From sequence record PV037056.1: 64,000 nt of DNA; one strand, 5' to 3'. Within the stretch, counting starts at the first letter, position 1; each line of letters opens with the position of its first letter. A model generated the notes under the pieces. It saw only the letters and a program-made list of their open reading frames with translations, ran no database searches and was not told where the DNA came from. The stretch is from Staphylococcus phage Fi4S2. Below, piece by piece: positions 8,508 to 17,128 of the stretch. The position numbers were made by a program, and so were the translations under genes.

Positions 8508-8603
8508 GTGAGAGACTTATTAAACTTACAAATTGCTTTTTATATCGTAGTATGGTTGTTAATGATGGGCTTATTCTACACATATTTATTCTTTTATTGC
8601 TGA
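8508..8603 (+). CDS. possible 31-aa hydrophobic peptide (GTG start, MRDLLNLQIAFYIVVWLLMMGLFYTYLFFYC)
   Basis: Strong SD TAGGAGGAGGGTAAG 6 nt before the GTG, and a promoter upstream. Below the ORF-track cutoff. Confidence 0.3.
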   Translation: MRDLLNLQIAFYIVVWLLMMGLFYTYLFFYC

Positions 8604-8617
8604 CCATTAAATAATTG

Positions 8618-8646
8618 TTGACATACCCTGAGTAATATGATAAAGT
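8618..8646 (+). promoter_or_regulatory. promoter TTGACA-17-TAAAGT
   Basis: Read directly; weaker -10 hexamer. Confidence 0.45.
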
Positions 8647-8674
8647 TAACACATAGTAAAGAGGAGGAAAAGTA

Positions 8675-8890
8675 ATGGATAAGAAAACCACTATTGTATA
8701 TAAGGAAGAAGAAGATAAGACTTACATTACATCCAATGCCCCCAGGGATATGGTTAAGCTTTTGAACACGTATCCTGAAGAGTATGTAGACTCTACAGAT
8801 GAAGAAGAGTTAGGTGATGGTATTGTTAAAGTTAAAAGTATAGTGTTAACTATACCAGGAAGAGTATACAATTTTGTTAAAGTTAAGTAG
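8675..8890 (+). CDS. early small protein (71 aa)
   Basis: ORF behind a GAGGAGGAAAAGTAATG cassette. Confidence 0.5.
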   Translation: MDKKTTIVYKEEEDKTYITSNAPRDMVKLLNTYPEEYVDSTDEEELGDGIVKVKSIVLTIPGRVYNFVKVK

Positions 8891-8911
8891 TTTATATGAG
8901 GAGGAAAAGTA

Positions 8912-9097
8912 ATGGAGAATAGCGACATTATCAATAACATACTAATGGAGTTTGACCATATAGACCAAGATGAGCTAACTCATAAACAGCAAATGCTTCT
9001 AGATAGAGCAGAATCATTATTAGATGACTTATCATGGGAACTGCAAGAAGAGGAAGCGGTTGAGTTTATGAAACAGTTTAAAGAGGAGGAAAAGTAA
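8912..9097 (+). CDS. early small acidic protein (61 aa), ends ...EEEK
   Basis: ORF behind a GAGGAGGAAAAGTAATG cassette. Confidence 0.5.
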   Translation: MENSDIINNILMEFDHIDQDELTHKQQMLLDRAESLLDDLSWELQEEEAVEFMKQFKEEEK

Positions 9098-10881
9098 TGA
9101 AACTATATTTAAACAGTAATATCATAAAAGGAACACCTGAAGAGTTAGTAACTTATCAAGAACTATTAAAGGAAAGAGGCCTAGATACTGAGAAGTCATT
9201 ATTCAGTTTTGGACATATGCATCAACCAACTGAAGAGGAAGTCCAAGATACTTTCAAAGGCTTCTTTGGTTCATTGAAGCTAGATAAGTCATCTGTAGGT
9301 GCAACGGAAAGCTCTACAGAGGAAGAGGAAGAGGAAGATGATGAAGCGGACGTAGGAGAGTTCTATACAGTTGACGTAGAGAACAGCGCTCTACCAAGTG
9401 GAACCTTGTTAAAGAAAGTAGATAAGGATACGCATAAAGACTCTACAGGTCATGAATACCTATGTGTAGATTCTAACGCACTATCGCATATTGATAAAAA
9501 CTTATATCAACTAGAAGACCGCTTCAACTTTGCTACTCAGGTAGGTATTAGATTAACAGACACTACAGACCTAGCACAAGCAACTGAAGGAGAGTATTTC
9601 AAAGTAACAAAAGGATACGCAGACTTAAGTGTAGGAGACATTGTTACTATTGTTAGGGATGACAGAGATAATATGCCTCAGTGTAAGGATAAATATAGTA
9701 ACTTCTATTATCTAGAGCTACACCACCTAGAACCTGTAGAAGATGATGAAGATGCGGAAGAAAATGTTGAAGAAGACTCCATGCACGATAAAGGAGCTTT
9801 CTATACAGTAACTGAGGAGGCTAGTGAATCACCATTGCCTGTAGGGGCTATTCTCCAACATCAACAAGGCAACCTATTCATTGACTCTAGAGGACAACAG
9901 TGTATCATCTCTAGACCATCTTTTGTAGATAGAGGTAGTACACATGAGTTTGATGATTCAATTAAACAAGACCGTTTTGAACTAGCTAAAGAATTAGGTA
10001 TCCAGCTAACTTCAACTACAGACTTTGCTGTAGAAGCAAGTGATAGAACATTCCAACTTAAAGAAGATGAAATGTATTTAACTAAAGGAGACTTTGTTAA
10101 GATAGTTAGTGATGATAATGACCGCATACCTTTAGTACAAAGTATAGAAGACTCTGATAAAAAAGACTTTGTGTATATATCAACATTAGAACTGGTAGAA
10201 GATAACATAGAATCAATTCTAAGCTCTACAGATGAAGAGGAAAGTCCTTCTAGAGAACTTAAAGTAGGAGATAGAGTAAAAGTATTAAGAGCTCTAGGAG
10301 GAGCTAAAGGAGAAGCTACTGTAACTGCTGTACTAGAAGGTGGTAAGGTAGAGCTAGCAGGTAACAATAAAGAAGGTAGTTATCTATCTGATTGGAGTAA
10401 CTATATCTCAAACGTAGAGAAGATAGAGGAAGAACTCTACGACTACTATGAAGTCTTAGACCCTGACTACTTTGTTAGTAGTGTAGAGAAAGGAACTATC
10501 CTTAAAAGAACATCAAATCCCTACACTCAGTTTGATGATACCTTTATTAAGCTAGATACTTCTACAGGTATAACTCAGAGTAGTTTATTAAAGGATAGTA
10601 TTATTAAACCTGTTAAAGAAAACAAGTATACTAAAGACCGCTTTACCTTTGCTAAACAAGTAGGAGTTAACCTTACAACAACTACAGACTTTTCAGTAGA
10701 GTGTGAAGGTCATCAGTTTGAAGTTTCAGAAGATAACGATGTAGCTAACTTTACACATGGAGAAGTGCTCACTATCCTTGAGGACGATGATTCCAATGCT
10801 ATCTTTTTCCAAAACTCAGATGGTCTTGAACAGTTTGTATTATTAACAGACGTAAGAGAGATTGCTAGACCAAGTAAATAA
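9097..10881 (+). CDS. large early protein (594 aa) with three ~55-aa internal repeats (DRFxFAxxVGxxLTxTTDF...GDxVxIVxDD)
   Basis: Internal repeats at aa ~140-200, ~290-345 and ~490-545. A second repeat type (E/AFYTVxxExSxLP) occurs at aa ~95 and ~235. Terminator follows. Confidence 0.6.
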   Translation: MKLYLNSNIIKGTPEELVTYQELLKERGLDTEKSLFSFGHMHQPTEEEVQDTFKGFFGSLKLDKSSVGATESSTEEEEEEDDEADVGEFYTVDVENSALPSGTLLKKVDKDTHKDSTGHEYLCVDSNALSHIDKNLYQLEDRFNFATQVGIRLTDTTDLAQATEGEYFKVTKGYADLSVGDIVTIVRDDRDNMPQCKDKYSNFYYLELHHLEPVEDDEDAEENVEEDSMHDKGAFYTVTEEASESPLPVGAILQHQQGNLFIDSRGQQCIISRPSFVDRGSTHEFDDSIKQDRFELAKELGIQLTSTTDFAVEASDRTFQLKEDEMYLTKGDFVKIVSDDNDRIPLVQSIEDSDKKDFVYISTLELVEDNIESILSSTDEEESPSRELKVGDRVKVLRALGGAKGEATVTAVLEGGKVELAGNNKEGSYLSDWSNYISNVEKIEEELYDYYEVLDPDYFVSSVEKGTILKRTSNPYTQFDDTFIKLDTSTGITQSSLLKDSIIKPVKENKYTKDRFTFAKQVGVNLTTTTDFSVECEGHQFEVSEDNDVANFTHGEVLTILEDDDSNAIFFQNSDGLEQFVLLTDVREIARPSK

Positions 10882-10891
10882 AATAACACCT

Positions 10892-10930
10892 AACCGCTTC
10901 TAATAAAACTGAAGCGGTTCTTTTATATTT
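10892..10930 (+). terminator. rho-independent terminator (aaccgcttc / gaagcggtt)
   Basis: 9-bp stem, 10-nt loop, then cttttatattt. Confidence 0.6.
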
Positions 10931-10943
10931 GAGTAACATAACC

Positions 10944-11477
10944 TTAGTTAAAGTAACTCTTCAGTAACTTGCTTAATTTTTTATTTGTTAAGTTAGATAC
11001 AAGATGGGATAACAGCGGTATCTCTTTAGTACTTTGTATTATATAAGTGTAAGTGCTTTTCCTAGCGTCTACAAATATTAGTTCTATATTATGCTCTTTG
11101 CAATACCTTACTTTAAAGGAATCAGATTCTATAGAAGCGTAATACATTTCAGCACCTATACTACCTCTACCTATAGAGTAATGCTGTTCTCCATTAACCT
11201 CTATAACTACAGGTTTATCTGAAAGTACTCCTTTTTGTATATAAAAGTCGAACTTTCTCATAGAGTCCTTTAATCTATGCTGGAATATGAAAGGAATGTC
11301 ATTGTAGGCTAAAATAGAAGCCATTATCTTCTCAGGCTTACTATGTCTTTTAGCGGTATTAATATGACACGTCTTTAGTATAGGTGGTTCCTTTACCTTT
11401 TTTAGTTGTCTTTGTCTAGTCTTTTGATTATGCTGTATAGCTTTTTTAAGTAACTCATCATGTTTTTTCTTATTCAT
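10944..11477 (-). CDS. free-standing REase-fold (DUF559/Vsr-like) endonuclease-domain protein, copy A (177 aa from M26)
   Basis: C-terminal motifs IPF...FDFYI...VIEVNGEQHY...D...C..HNIELIF parallel the 55646..56581 product and the DUF559 pattern (IVDF...IELDGxxH...VLRF). Has its own TTGAAA-16-TATAAT promoter and GGAGG SD (11479-11545, minus strand). Inserted antisense within the rightward early array. Confidence 0.55.
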   Translation of the reverse strand: MNKKKHDELLKKAIQHNQKTRQRQLKKVKEPPILKTCHINTAKRHSKPEKIMASILAYNDIPFIFQHRLKDSMRKFDFYIQKGVLSDKPVVIEVNGEQHYSIGRGSIGAEMYYASIESDSFKVRYCKEHNIELIFVDARKSTYTYIIQSTKEIPLLSHLVSNLTNKKLSKLLKSYFN

Positions 11478-11599
11478 AGTATAACCTCCTATGTACATTA
11501 TACCATAAAACCACTTGTTTTCAATAGTAACAAAGTGTTTGACAGCCCCCACTATTATATGTTATCATTAGGTATAATCAATTTAAAGGAGGAACTATT

Positions 11600-11938
11600 A
11601 TGAGAATGGTTAGTATATATGAGTATTTCAAAGACAAGGAAGGACTACGATTGAGTGTAGGAGATAATAAAGAGGTACTGTTCGACTCAGTACGTCACCA
11701 TGGTTCTGAAGAGGAGTTGGCTCTATACTTTAAATATAAGGAGTATCCAATAGTAATAAGAGTAGATAAACCTCAAGCAGACTTAAGACTACGACTAGCT
11801 AAGCAGATAACAGGGTTACAAAAGGAGACCTTCACCCCTGTAGACAAACTAGACTCAACCTTATTAACCTACCTAGGTAAGTTTGCAGAAGAGATGGAAG
11901 AAAAAGTAGAGTATAAACTATTTGATTGGAGGGATTAG
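11600..11938 (+). CDS. early protein (112 aa)
   Basis: ORF with AAGGAGGA SD. A TATAAT lies at 11570-11575 with an upstream TTGACA at 11531. Confidence 0.5.
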   Translation: MRMVSIYEYFKDKEGLRLSVGDNKEVLFDSVRHHGSEEELALYFKYKEYPIVIRVDKPQADLRLRLAKQITGLQKETFTPVDKLDSTLLTYLGKFAEEMEEKVEYKLFDWRD

Positions 11939-11939
11939 G

Positions 11940-12041
11940 ATGCTTACAATAGGTGCATTCTTTACAGGAAGCTTTGTAGTGTTAGTATTAGCAATTATGA
12001 TAGCAGGACTAGTTACACTAGTAATGGATAACAAGAAGTAA
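11940..12041 (+). CDS. possible 33-aa membrane peptide (MLTIGAFFTGSFVVLVLAIMIAGLVTLVMDNKK)
   Basis: ATG 2 nt after the upstream stop; single predicted TM helix. Below the track cutoff. Confidence 0.3.
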   Translation: MLTIGAFFTGSFVVLVLAIMIAGLVTLVMDNKK

Positions 12042-12064
12042 ATAATAGAAGCGGAGGAGATATA

Positions 12065-12292
12065 ATGAGTTTAGTAACAGTAATAGTATTAACTGTAGTC
12101 ATAGCCATACTGTTAGGCTTAATAGCAAGTAAACTAATATTGTGGTTTGTAGATGCCTGTCAGAGAGATGAGAACAATATAACAGAGATTAGAGTAGTAT
12201 TAACTCTATTAATAGTCAGCTTAGGAGTAGACCTAGCCTTTGCTGTTGATGGAGCAGTAAGAATACAAAATAGAATCCTATACTTTTTGTAA
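12065..12292 (+). CDS. small membrane protein (75 aa, 2 TM)
   Basis: ORF with GGAGGAG SD; hydrophobic; last gene before the terminator. Confidence 0.5.
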   Translation: MSLVTVIVLTVVIAILLGLIASKLILWFVDACQRDENNITEIRVVLTLLIVSLGVDLAFAVDGAVRIQNRILYFL

Positions 12293-12295
12293 ATA

Positions 12296-12328
12296 GAAGC
12301 GGAGACCTTTACGGTCTCTTTTTTTTTG
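12296..12328 (+). terminator. rho-independent terminator (GAGACC-tttac-GGTCTC + T9)
   Basis: Perfect 6-bp stem with a 9-T run. Same stem sequence as the terminators at 55563 and 56582. Confidence 0.7.
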
Positions 12329-12516
12329 ACTATAATAGCTTGACAAATAGTGGAAAGTATGCTTTATTGACAAACTATTAATAATATGGTAGTGGTCAGA
12401 GGGGTAAAGGAGGATGAATAGTAGTGACATGGAGGCTGATAGATAGGGTCGAAGTCGGTTAGCGTGCTGGGGGCTTCCTCTACTATTCCTCTATTCTTTT
12501 CCCGTTTGATTCTTCC

Positions 12517-12951
12517 TTACTCTATTGGTTGTTCTATTACTCCCTCTCTATAACTATAGTAGATTATACCCTCTCTCATACAATACTCCCATAAATTACC
12601 TCCTTGTATATAATCTACTAGGTTGTATACAGGCATATGACCATAAGTATCCAAGACCCTATCTATAATAAGTTTAGTGTCTTGGTTTATGTCATCTAGT
12701 CCATATTTACCTGGAGCTTCTATATAATCATGTTTACTTAAATACTTATAATAATCTTCTATAGACTTTAACACAAAACCTTCTCTAGTCACATCAAACC
12801 TCTCTTGGAATAGGGGTTGTTTGTGCGTGTTAGCATACTCTGAGTATATCAAGTACAGTAGTTTTTGTATTTTTTTAGGGCTTATGTCATGTATACCTTT
12901 TTCATATGCCTCATTCACTATATGCTTTGCTATTGTTATAGGTTCTTCCAT
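12517..12951 (-). CDS. hypothetical protein (144 aa); last gene of the leftward block
   Basis: ORF. Upstream TTTTATAGGAGGAG motif 7 nt before the ATG. Confidence 0.5.
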   Translation of the reverse strand: MEEPITIAKHIVNEAYEKGIHDISPKKIQKLLYLIYSEYANTHKQPLFQERFDVTREGFVLKSIEDYYKYLSKHDYIEAPGKYGLDDINQDTKLIIDRVLDTYGHMPVYNLVDYIQGGNLWEYCMREGIIYYSYREGVIEQPIE

Positions 12952-12990
12952 TTTTATCTCCTCCTATAAAATGATTCTTTTAATTTGTCT

Positions 12991-13395
12991 TTATGCTTTC
13001 CATATTAGTCTTAGATAAATGTAAGGTGTAAACCCTACTTGACTATTTGATATTTGTGTTTTAAATCCTAGTTTCTTAAATTTCTTCTTCATATACTCTA
13101 GTTCACTTATACTATATATTTGTTCATTCATGCTTTGACCAATTGGGTAATAATATATGCCAACAGTACCTAACCAAACAGAATCTCTTCTTAAATCAGT
13201 TATAGATACGTCTTCTAACTTACTTAAGTGTTCTTCTACGATAGTATCTAACTCATCTGATGTATAAGTATCTGTATTAAACATTCTTTGACGTTCTTGT
13301 TTTTTTCTCAGCTCTTTATTATGCGCTTCATTTATTTTTTCTTTGACAGTATCTTGAATGTTTTTTGCTTTTCTTTTTCTAAACATGATTCCCAT
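12991..13395 (-). CDS. hypothetical protein, paralog family B (134 aa)
   Basis: C-terminal ELEYMKKKFKKLGFKTQ matches KLEYLKEIGQHYKKLGFKVQ of the 14496..14849 product. Confidence 0.5.
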   Translation of the reverse strand: MGIMFRKRKAKNIQDTVKEKINEAHNKELRKKQERQRMFNTDTYTSDELDTIVEEHLSKLEDVSITDLRRDSVWLGTVGIYYYPIGQSMNEQIYSISELEYMKKKFKKLGFKTQISNSQVGFTPYIYLRLIWKA

Positions 13396-13400
13396 CTCCT

Positions 13401-13679
13401 TTATGAAATATAGCCTTCTATTTCTTTGTCACTATACCCTTCCAGCTCCATTATGAATCTCATCATCAGACTTGCTTGAAACCCTGTGAACTTTTTAGTT
13501 CTATAGAATTTTTGGTTATGTTTTCTATAACATACCTTTATTAGATATATATTAACAGGTTTTAAAACTATTGTATACTCACTACCTCTACTCCATACTT
13601 GTAAGTCCTTTGTTACTTCAAATCCATGTATTTTTAAACTAAGCTTAAGTAGCTCTTTGAGGTCATTCATACCGTCCAT
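13401..13679 (-). CDS. hypothetical protein (92 aa)
   Basis: ORF co-oriented with neighbours and 5 nt from the next gene. Confidence 0.45.
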   Translation of the reverse strand: MDGMNDLKELLKLSLKIHGFEVTKDLQVWSRGSEYTIVLKPVNIYLIKVCYRKHNQKFYRTKKFTGFQASLMMRFIMELEGYSDKEIEGYIS

Positions 13680-13761
13680 CTCCTTTATTTAACTTACTAC
13701 TAGTATATAATAAAACTCTACCTAAGTCAATAGATAGAGTTAAAATAGTTATTTTGTTTTC

Positions 13762-14127
13762 TTACTTGTTATCCCATTCAAAGTCTAGTTCTAAGTCATT
13801 TATCTCCCCTGAGTTAACCTTCTCTATAAACCCTTCTAACTGGTGTTTAATAGCTGTACTAAAGTTAGATAGAGGTACTATTATAAGTGTAGAGGCCTGA
13901 ACTTTTTTATCTATTAAGAATTTTAAACAATTAGCATCTTCAGTACCTTTTACAGTTATTCTTAAATCCATACCTTTATAGCTGAACACTAAGTATAAGC
14001 TCTCATCACTACTTAAATTTTGATGGCTTACATAGGCTAGATATACCTCATCACTACCTACTTTTAATTTCATGTTTTCTCTTGCTTGAAAGTAATCACT
14101 GAGCTTACTTATGTTGTAATTATCCAT
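13762..14127 (-). CDS. hypothetical protein (121 aa)
   Basis: ORF in the array. Confidence 0.45.
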   Translation of the reverse strand: MDNYNISKLSDYFQARENMKLKVGSDEVYLAYVSHQNLSSDESLYLVFSYKGMDLRITVKGTEDANCLKFLIDKKVQASTLIIVPLSNFSTAIKHQLEGFIEKVNSGEINDLELDFEWDNK

Positions 14128-14329
14128 ATTTTACTTCCTCCTCATCAAACCACATTTCTAATACTGTATCTGTTTCTGTATCTATATATAAATTTAACTC
14201 CCCGTGCATATAATGACTAATTACAATAGAGTCTGAGAACCCTACTTCATGACCGTCCCAATCTGACAACCAATGTAATCTATCATAATCTAAATTTTGT
14301 AGTGTTATTCCTTGTTCAGTATTTAACAT
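14120..14329 (-). CDS. hypothetical protein (69 aa)
   Basis: ORF overlapping the downstream gene by 8 nt. Confidence 0.4.
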   Translation of the reverse strand: MLNTEQGITLQNLDYDRLHWLSDWDGHEVGFSDSIVISHYMHGELNLYIDTETDTVLEMWFDEEEVKYG

Positions 14330-14495
14330 TCTTTGACTCTCCTCCCAAGTTAAAAGTTAATTTGAACTTCTATTTTTACACTTGTTTCTTTTTCTTTTTT
14401 TATTCTGTAGTACTCTGCCATTAATTCAATAAATTCTTCTTGAGTCATTTTACATCCCCTTTACCTTATTTAAAGTCATACTCTCTTCATTACTC

Positions 14496-14849
14496 TTACC
14501 AACTGATGTGTATAATAGGTACTAAAGTACTATCTGTGTAACCACACCTAAAGTAATCCTTAGCTATGCCCTTCTCTAACCACTGAGGTTTCCTTACCTG
14601 TGTTTGTACTTTAAATCCTAACTTCTTATAGTGTTGACCAATCTCTTTTAAGTATTCTAACTTAGATAAAGAAAACTCCGAAGGATAATCTGTTCTTAGG
14701 TTCACAACGATGTAATCCTTACCTGAGCTACTACTGTTATTAATCAAGTAGTCTAACTTGTTATAGATATAAGTTAAGTGTTGTTCTTTAGTTACTATCT
14801 TAGAATCCTTATGCTGTTTTACTTGTTTACGTGCTTTCTTAGCGTTCAT
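14496..14849 (-). CDS. hypothetical protein, paralog family B (117 aa)
   Basis: See 12991..13395. TTTTATAAGGAG lies upstream. Confidence 0.5.
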   Translation of the reverse strand: MNAKKARKQVKQHKDSKIVTKEQHLTYIYNKLDYLINNSSSSGKDYIVVNLRTDYPSEFSLSKLEYLKEIGQHYKKLGFKVQTQVRKPQWLEKGIAKDYFRCGYTDSTLVPIIHISW

Positions 14850-14851
14850 CC

Positions 14852-15079
14852 TTAGGACTCCTTATAAAATTTATTTTTAAAAAAGCCTACTACATCCTCA
14901 CCATAGAGTACAGATAGAAATGATTTATTTCCTGTAATTCTAAAGCCACTGTCTACGATTCTATTTTCGATATAGTAACCCTCAATTTCTAGTGAAGCAT
15001 ATTTACTATTTATGTCTCCTAAAAATTCTACTTGAAATCCTAACTGATTTAATTGAACATAAATGTCTTACAAGCTCAT
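14852..15079 (-). pseudogene. remnant family-B paralog with an in-frame TAA at codon 4 (ATG AGC TTG TAA, then 71 open codons incl. QLNQLGFQVEF)
   Basis: The ATG overlaps the upstream stop (TAATG). The homologous frame runs to the TAA at 14852 but is interrupted at 15068-15070. Confidence 0.4.
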
Positions 15080-15285
15080 TATAATTCCTCCCTCTCTTTC
15101 CTGATTGCACTTAGTAGCCAATCAAGATACTTCTCACGTTGAATCTCTTCTATCTTGCTTTCAAACTTATCACGTTCTAGTCCTTGGTTTATTATTCTAG
15201 AAGCTACTGCTAGTCTCTTTGACTCTTCACTTAGATTATCCTTGTAACTGTAAGTAACTAGTGCTTTATCCAAATCTAGTTCCAT
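15079..15285 (-). CDS. hypothetical protein (68 aa)
   Basis: ORF with AAGGAGGAAAT SD. Confidence 0.45.
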   Translation of the reverse strand: MELDLDKALVTYSYKDNLSEESKRLAVASRIINQGLERDKFESKIEEIQREKYLDWLLSAIRKEREEL

Positions 15286-15298
15286 GCTATTTCCTCCT

Positions 15299-15697
15299 TT
15301 AATTAGGATTTATGAAGTCATCTACTTTCTTTTGCTTACGCTCTTCTTCCTTCAAATATTCAATTCTACGTTGTTCTTGTTGTCTCTCTTCTTCCTTTAG
15401 TCTATCTATATTAGTCTTATATAGATAATCTAAGTAATCTATAAGTTTATCAAAGTTTTTAATACCACTAATCTCATAGCTTGTTTCAATGTTAGGCATA
15501 ATACTCCCAGGCTCATAGTAATCATGTATATATTCTCTGCCTAATTTGTAACCATCTCTATAATAGTAAATAACCCTACTATACCCTACTCCTATAGGTT
15601 CATTACGTTGACCATACTCTACTATATAAGACCCTATACCCAACCTCTCTTTTTTAGCTACTGTGTCAAAAAACTTTAAAAATGTTTCATAATCCAT
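15299..15697 (-). CDS. hypothetical protein (132 aa), C-terminal charged coiled coil
   Basis: ORF with AAGGAGGAG SD. Confidence 0.45.
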   Translation of the reverse strand: MDYETFLKFFDTVAKKERLGIGSYIVEYGQRNEPIGVGYSRVIYYYRDGYKLGREYIHDYYEPGSIMPNIETSYEISGIKNFDKLIDYLDYLYKTNIDRLKEEERQQEQRRIEYLKEEERKQKKVDDFINPN

Positions 15698-15715
15698 AAT
15701 AGCTCCTCCTTAACT

Positions 15716-16150
15716 TTATTTTAATCTATCCTCTAAACTTACATTAGTATAACCCATTTTTAAATCATCTAGTGTCATTTGCTTAGATAGTTTATAATCA
15801 TTATCTAGTAATCTATAAGAACAGTATTCATTATTTGATACTGTATAGTGGTTATCTTCCTCTATTACTAAAGTAAACCATTCTCCATAGGATTCAATGT
15901 CATCCCCAGGTAGCCAATTATCTTCTGTGAGTAACTCTAAGACTTTATCTAACATTTCTACAGTAGAATAACAAGTAAATACTATATTTTTAGATACTCC
16001 ATGAACTAAAAATGAACCATGACCAATGCAAACCTTAACCTCATTGTTAATACTTAATGCTTGTTCATATAAATCTATGTGATTTAACTCAATACCTTTT
16101 TCACTCATACTTTTTGTAATTATACTTAGTAATTCTGTTGTACCAATCAT
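15716..16150 (-). CDS. hypothetical protein, paralog family A (144 aa)
   Basis: N-terminal ITKSMSEKGIELNHIDL parallels ILERMEDKGISLENL and VLDERGIQIKNL of the rightward genes 7321 and 7719. Confidence 0.5.
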   Translation of the reverse strand: MIGTTELLSIITKSMSEKGIELNHIDLYEQALSINNEVKVCIGHGSFLVHGVSKNIVFTCYSTVEMLDKVLELLTEDNWLPGDDIESYGEWFTLVIEEDNHYTVSNNEYCSYRLLDNDYKLSKQMTLDDLKMGYTNVSLEDRLK

Positions 16151-16190
16151 TATAAGTCCTCCTTATAAAATGTATGTTTTACAAACTTTC

Positions 16191-16616
16191 TTAACCAATT
16201 ACGACTACCATACTATCATCCTTTAAAACAACCCTTATAGTATCTTCATTAAACTCTCCATTATCAACAGATAAGGTTAAAGTATAATTTAACTGTTTTA
16301 AATACATATTTTGATAAGTATCGTCTTTAAATTCTTTAACTGTTATTGTAGTGTTACTATCTATAAAGGTATCTCCTGTAATGGGTAAGGTGAGGTTTAC
16401 TATATAAGCTAAATATTTACTTTGGTCAAAAGGAAGTTCTATATAACCCTTTTTAATATAGTTAGGTGGGATATAATCATTTAACTTAACTTCTAAATCT
16501 CTATATAAATCTTTAATGAAATTATATAGATTCTCGGACTCTACTTTCTTCTGCTTATCTATAAAATATTTTTCAACCTTTCTCTGCCTATTTATAATTT
16601 TCTTAACATCTGCCAT
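16191..16616 (-). CDS. hypothetical protein (141 aa)
   Basis: ORF with TTTTATAAGGAGGAG upstream. Confidence 0.45.
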   Translation of the reverse strand: MADVKKIINRQRKVEKYFIDKQKKVESENLYNFIKDLYRDLEVKLNDYIPPNYIKKGYIELPFDQSKYLAYIVNLTLPITGDTFIDSNTTITVKEFKDDTYQNMYLKQLNYTLTLSVDNGEFNEDTIRVVLKDDSMVVVIG

Positions 16617-16649
16617 TACTTCTCCTCCTTATAAAAGCTATGTTTTAAA

Positions 16650-16931
16650 CTATTCCTTTTCTATTAGCTCGTAAGTTTTATGAAAAATGTCATAATCACA
16701 AGCATAAAATTCTCCTTCAACACCCTTTATGACATAGCTGTCTTTAGGTACTACCATAGTACCTTCTAGTGTATTTACAACAAGTATATAAGTATCACTT
16801 GATTCGTAAGCTAAGTGTACTGTACCACCACTCCAATCATATAACTCTTGTTTATTATCTCCTTTATATTGCATAACATCTACTTCTACTGGTTTCTTTC
16901 TAGCTAACATTATAAGCCCTCCCATTCCCAA
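16650..16931 (-). CDS. hypothetical protein (93 aa)
   Basis: ORF in the array. Confidence 0.4.
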   Translation of the reverse strand: MGMGGLIMLARKKPVEVDVMQYKGDNKQELYDWSGGTVHLAYESSDTYILVVNTLEGTMVVPKDSYVIKGVEGEFYACDYDIFHKTYELIEKE

Positions 16932-17128
16932 AAGTCTTTTATCTTATAACCATCTAATTCATGTTTATTGCCTTTTAGTATACCCGTAATAACATACCTG
17001 TCGTGACCCTCTCTTACATATTCTTCACCCAGCTCTTCTAAGAGGTCTTTTGTATGATTTTGAGTACCTGCATATGTTGCTGTTTTACTAGCCTCCTCAA
17101 TTACATACAGAGAATAAATCTCATACAT
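16910..17128 (-). CDS. hypothetical protein (72 aa)
   Basis: ORF; its start overlaps the upstream gene stop. Confidence 0.4.
   Translation of the reverse strand: MYEIYSLYVIEEASKTATYAGTQNHTKDLLEELGEEYVREGHDRYVITGILKGNKHELDGYKIKDFWEWEGL

Noticed and set aside
12400-12500. G+C-rich stretch gggtcgaagtcggttagcgtgctggggg as a possible tRNA
   Set aside because: No T-loop GTTCRANYC, no acceptor-stem complementarity, no cloverleaf could be built. No other tRNA-like sequences were recognised by eye. A tRNAscan run would be the proper check.
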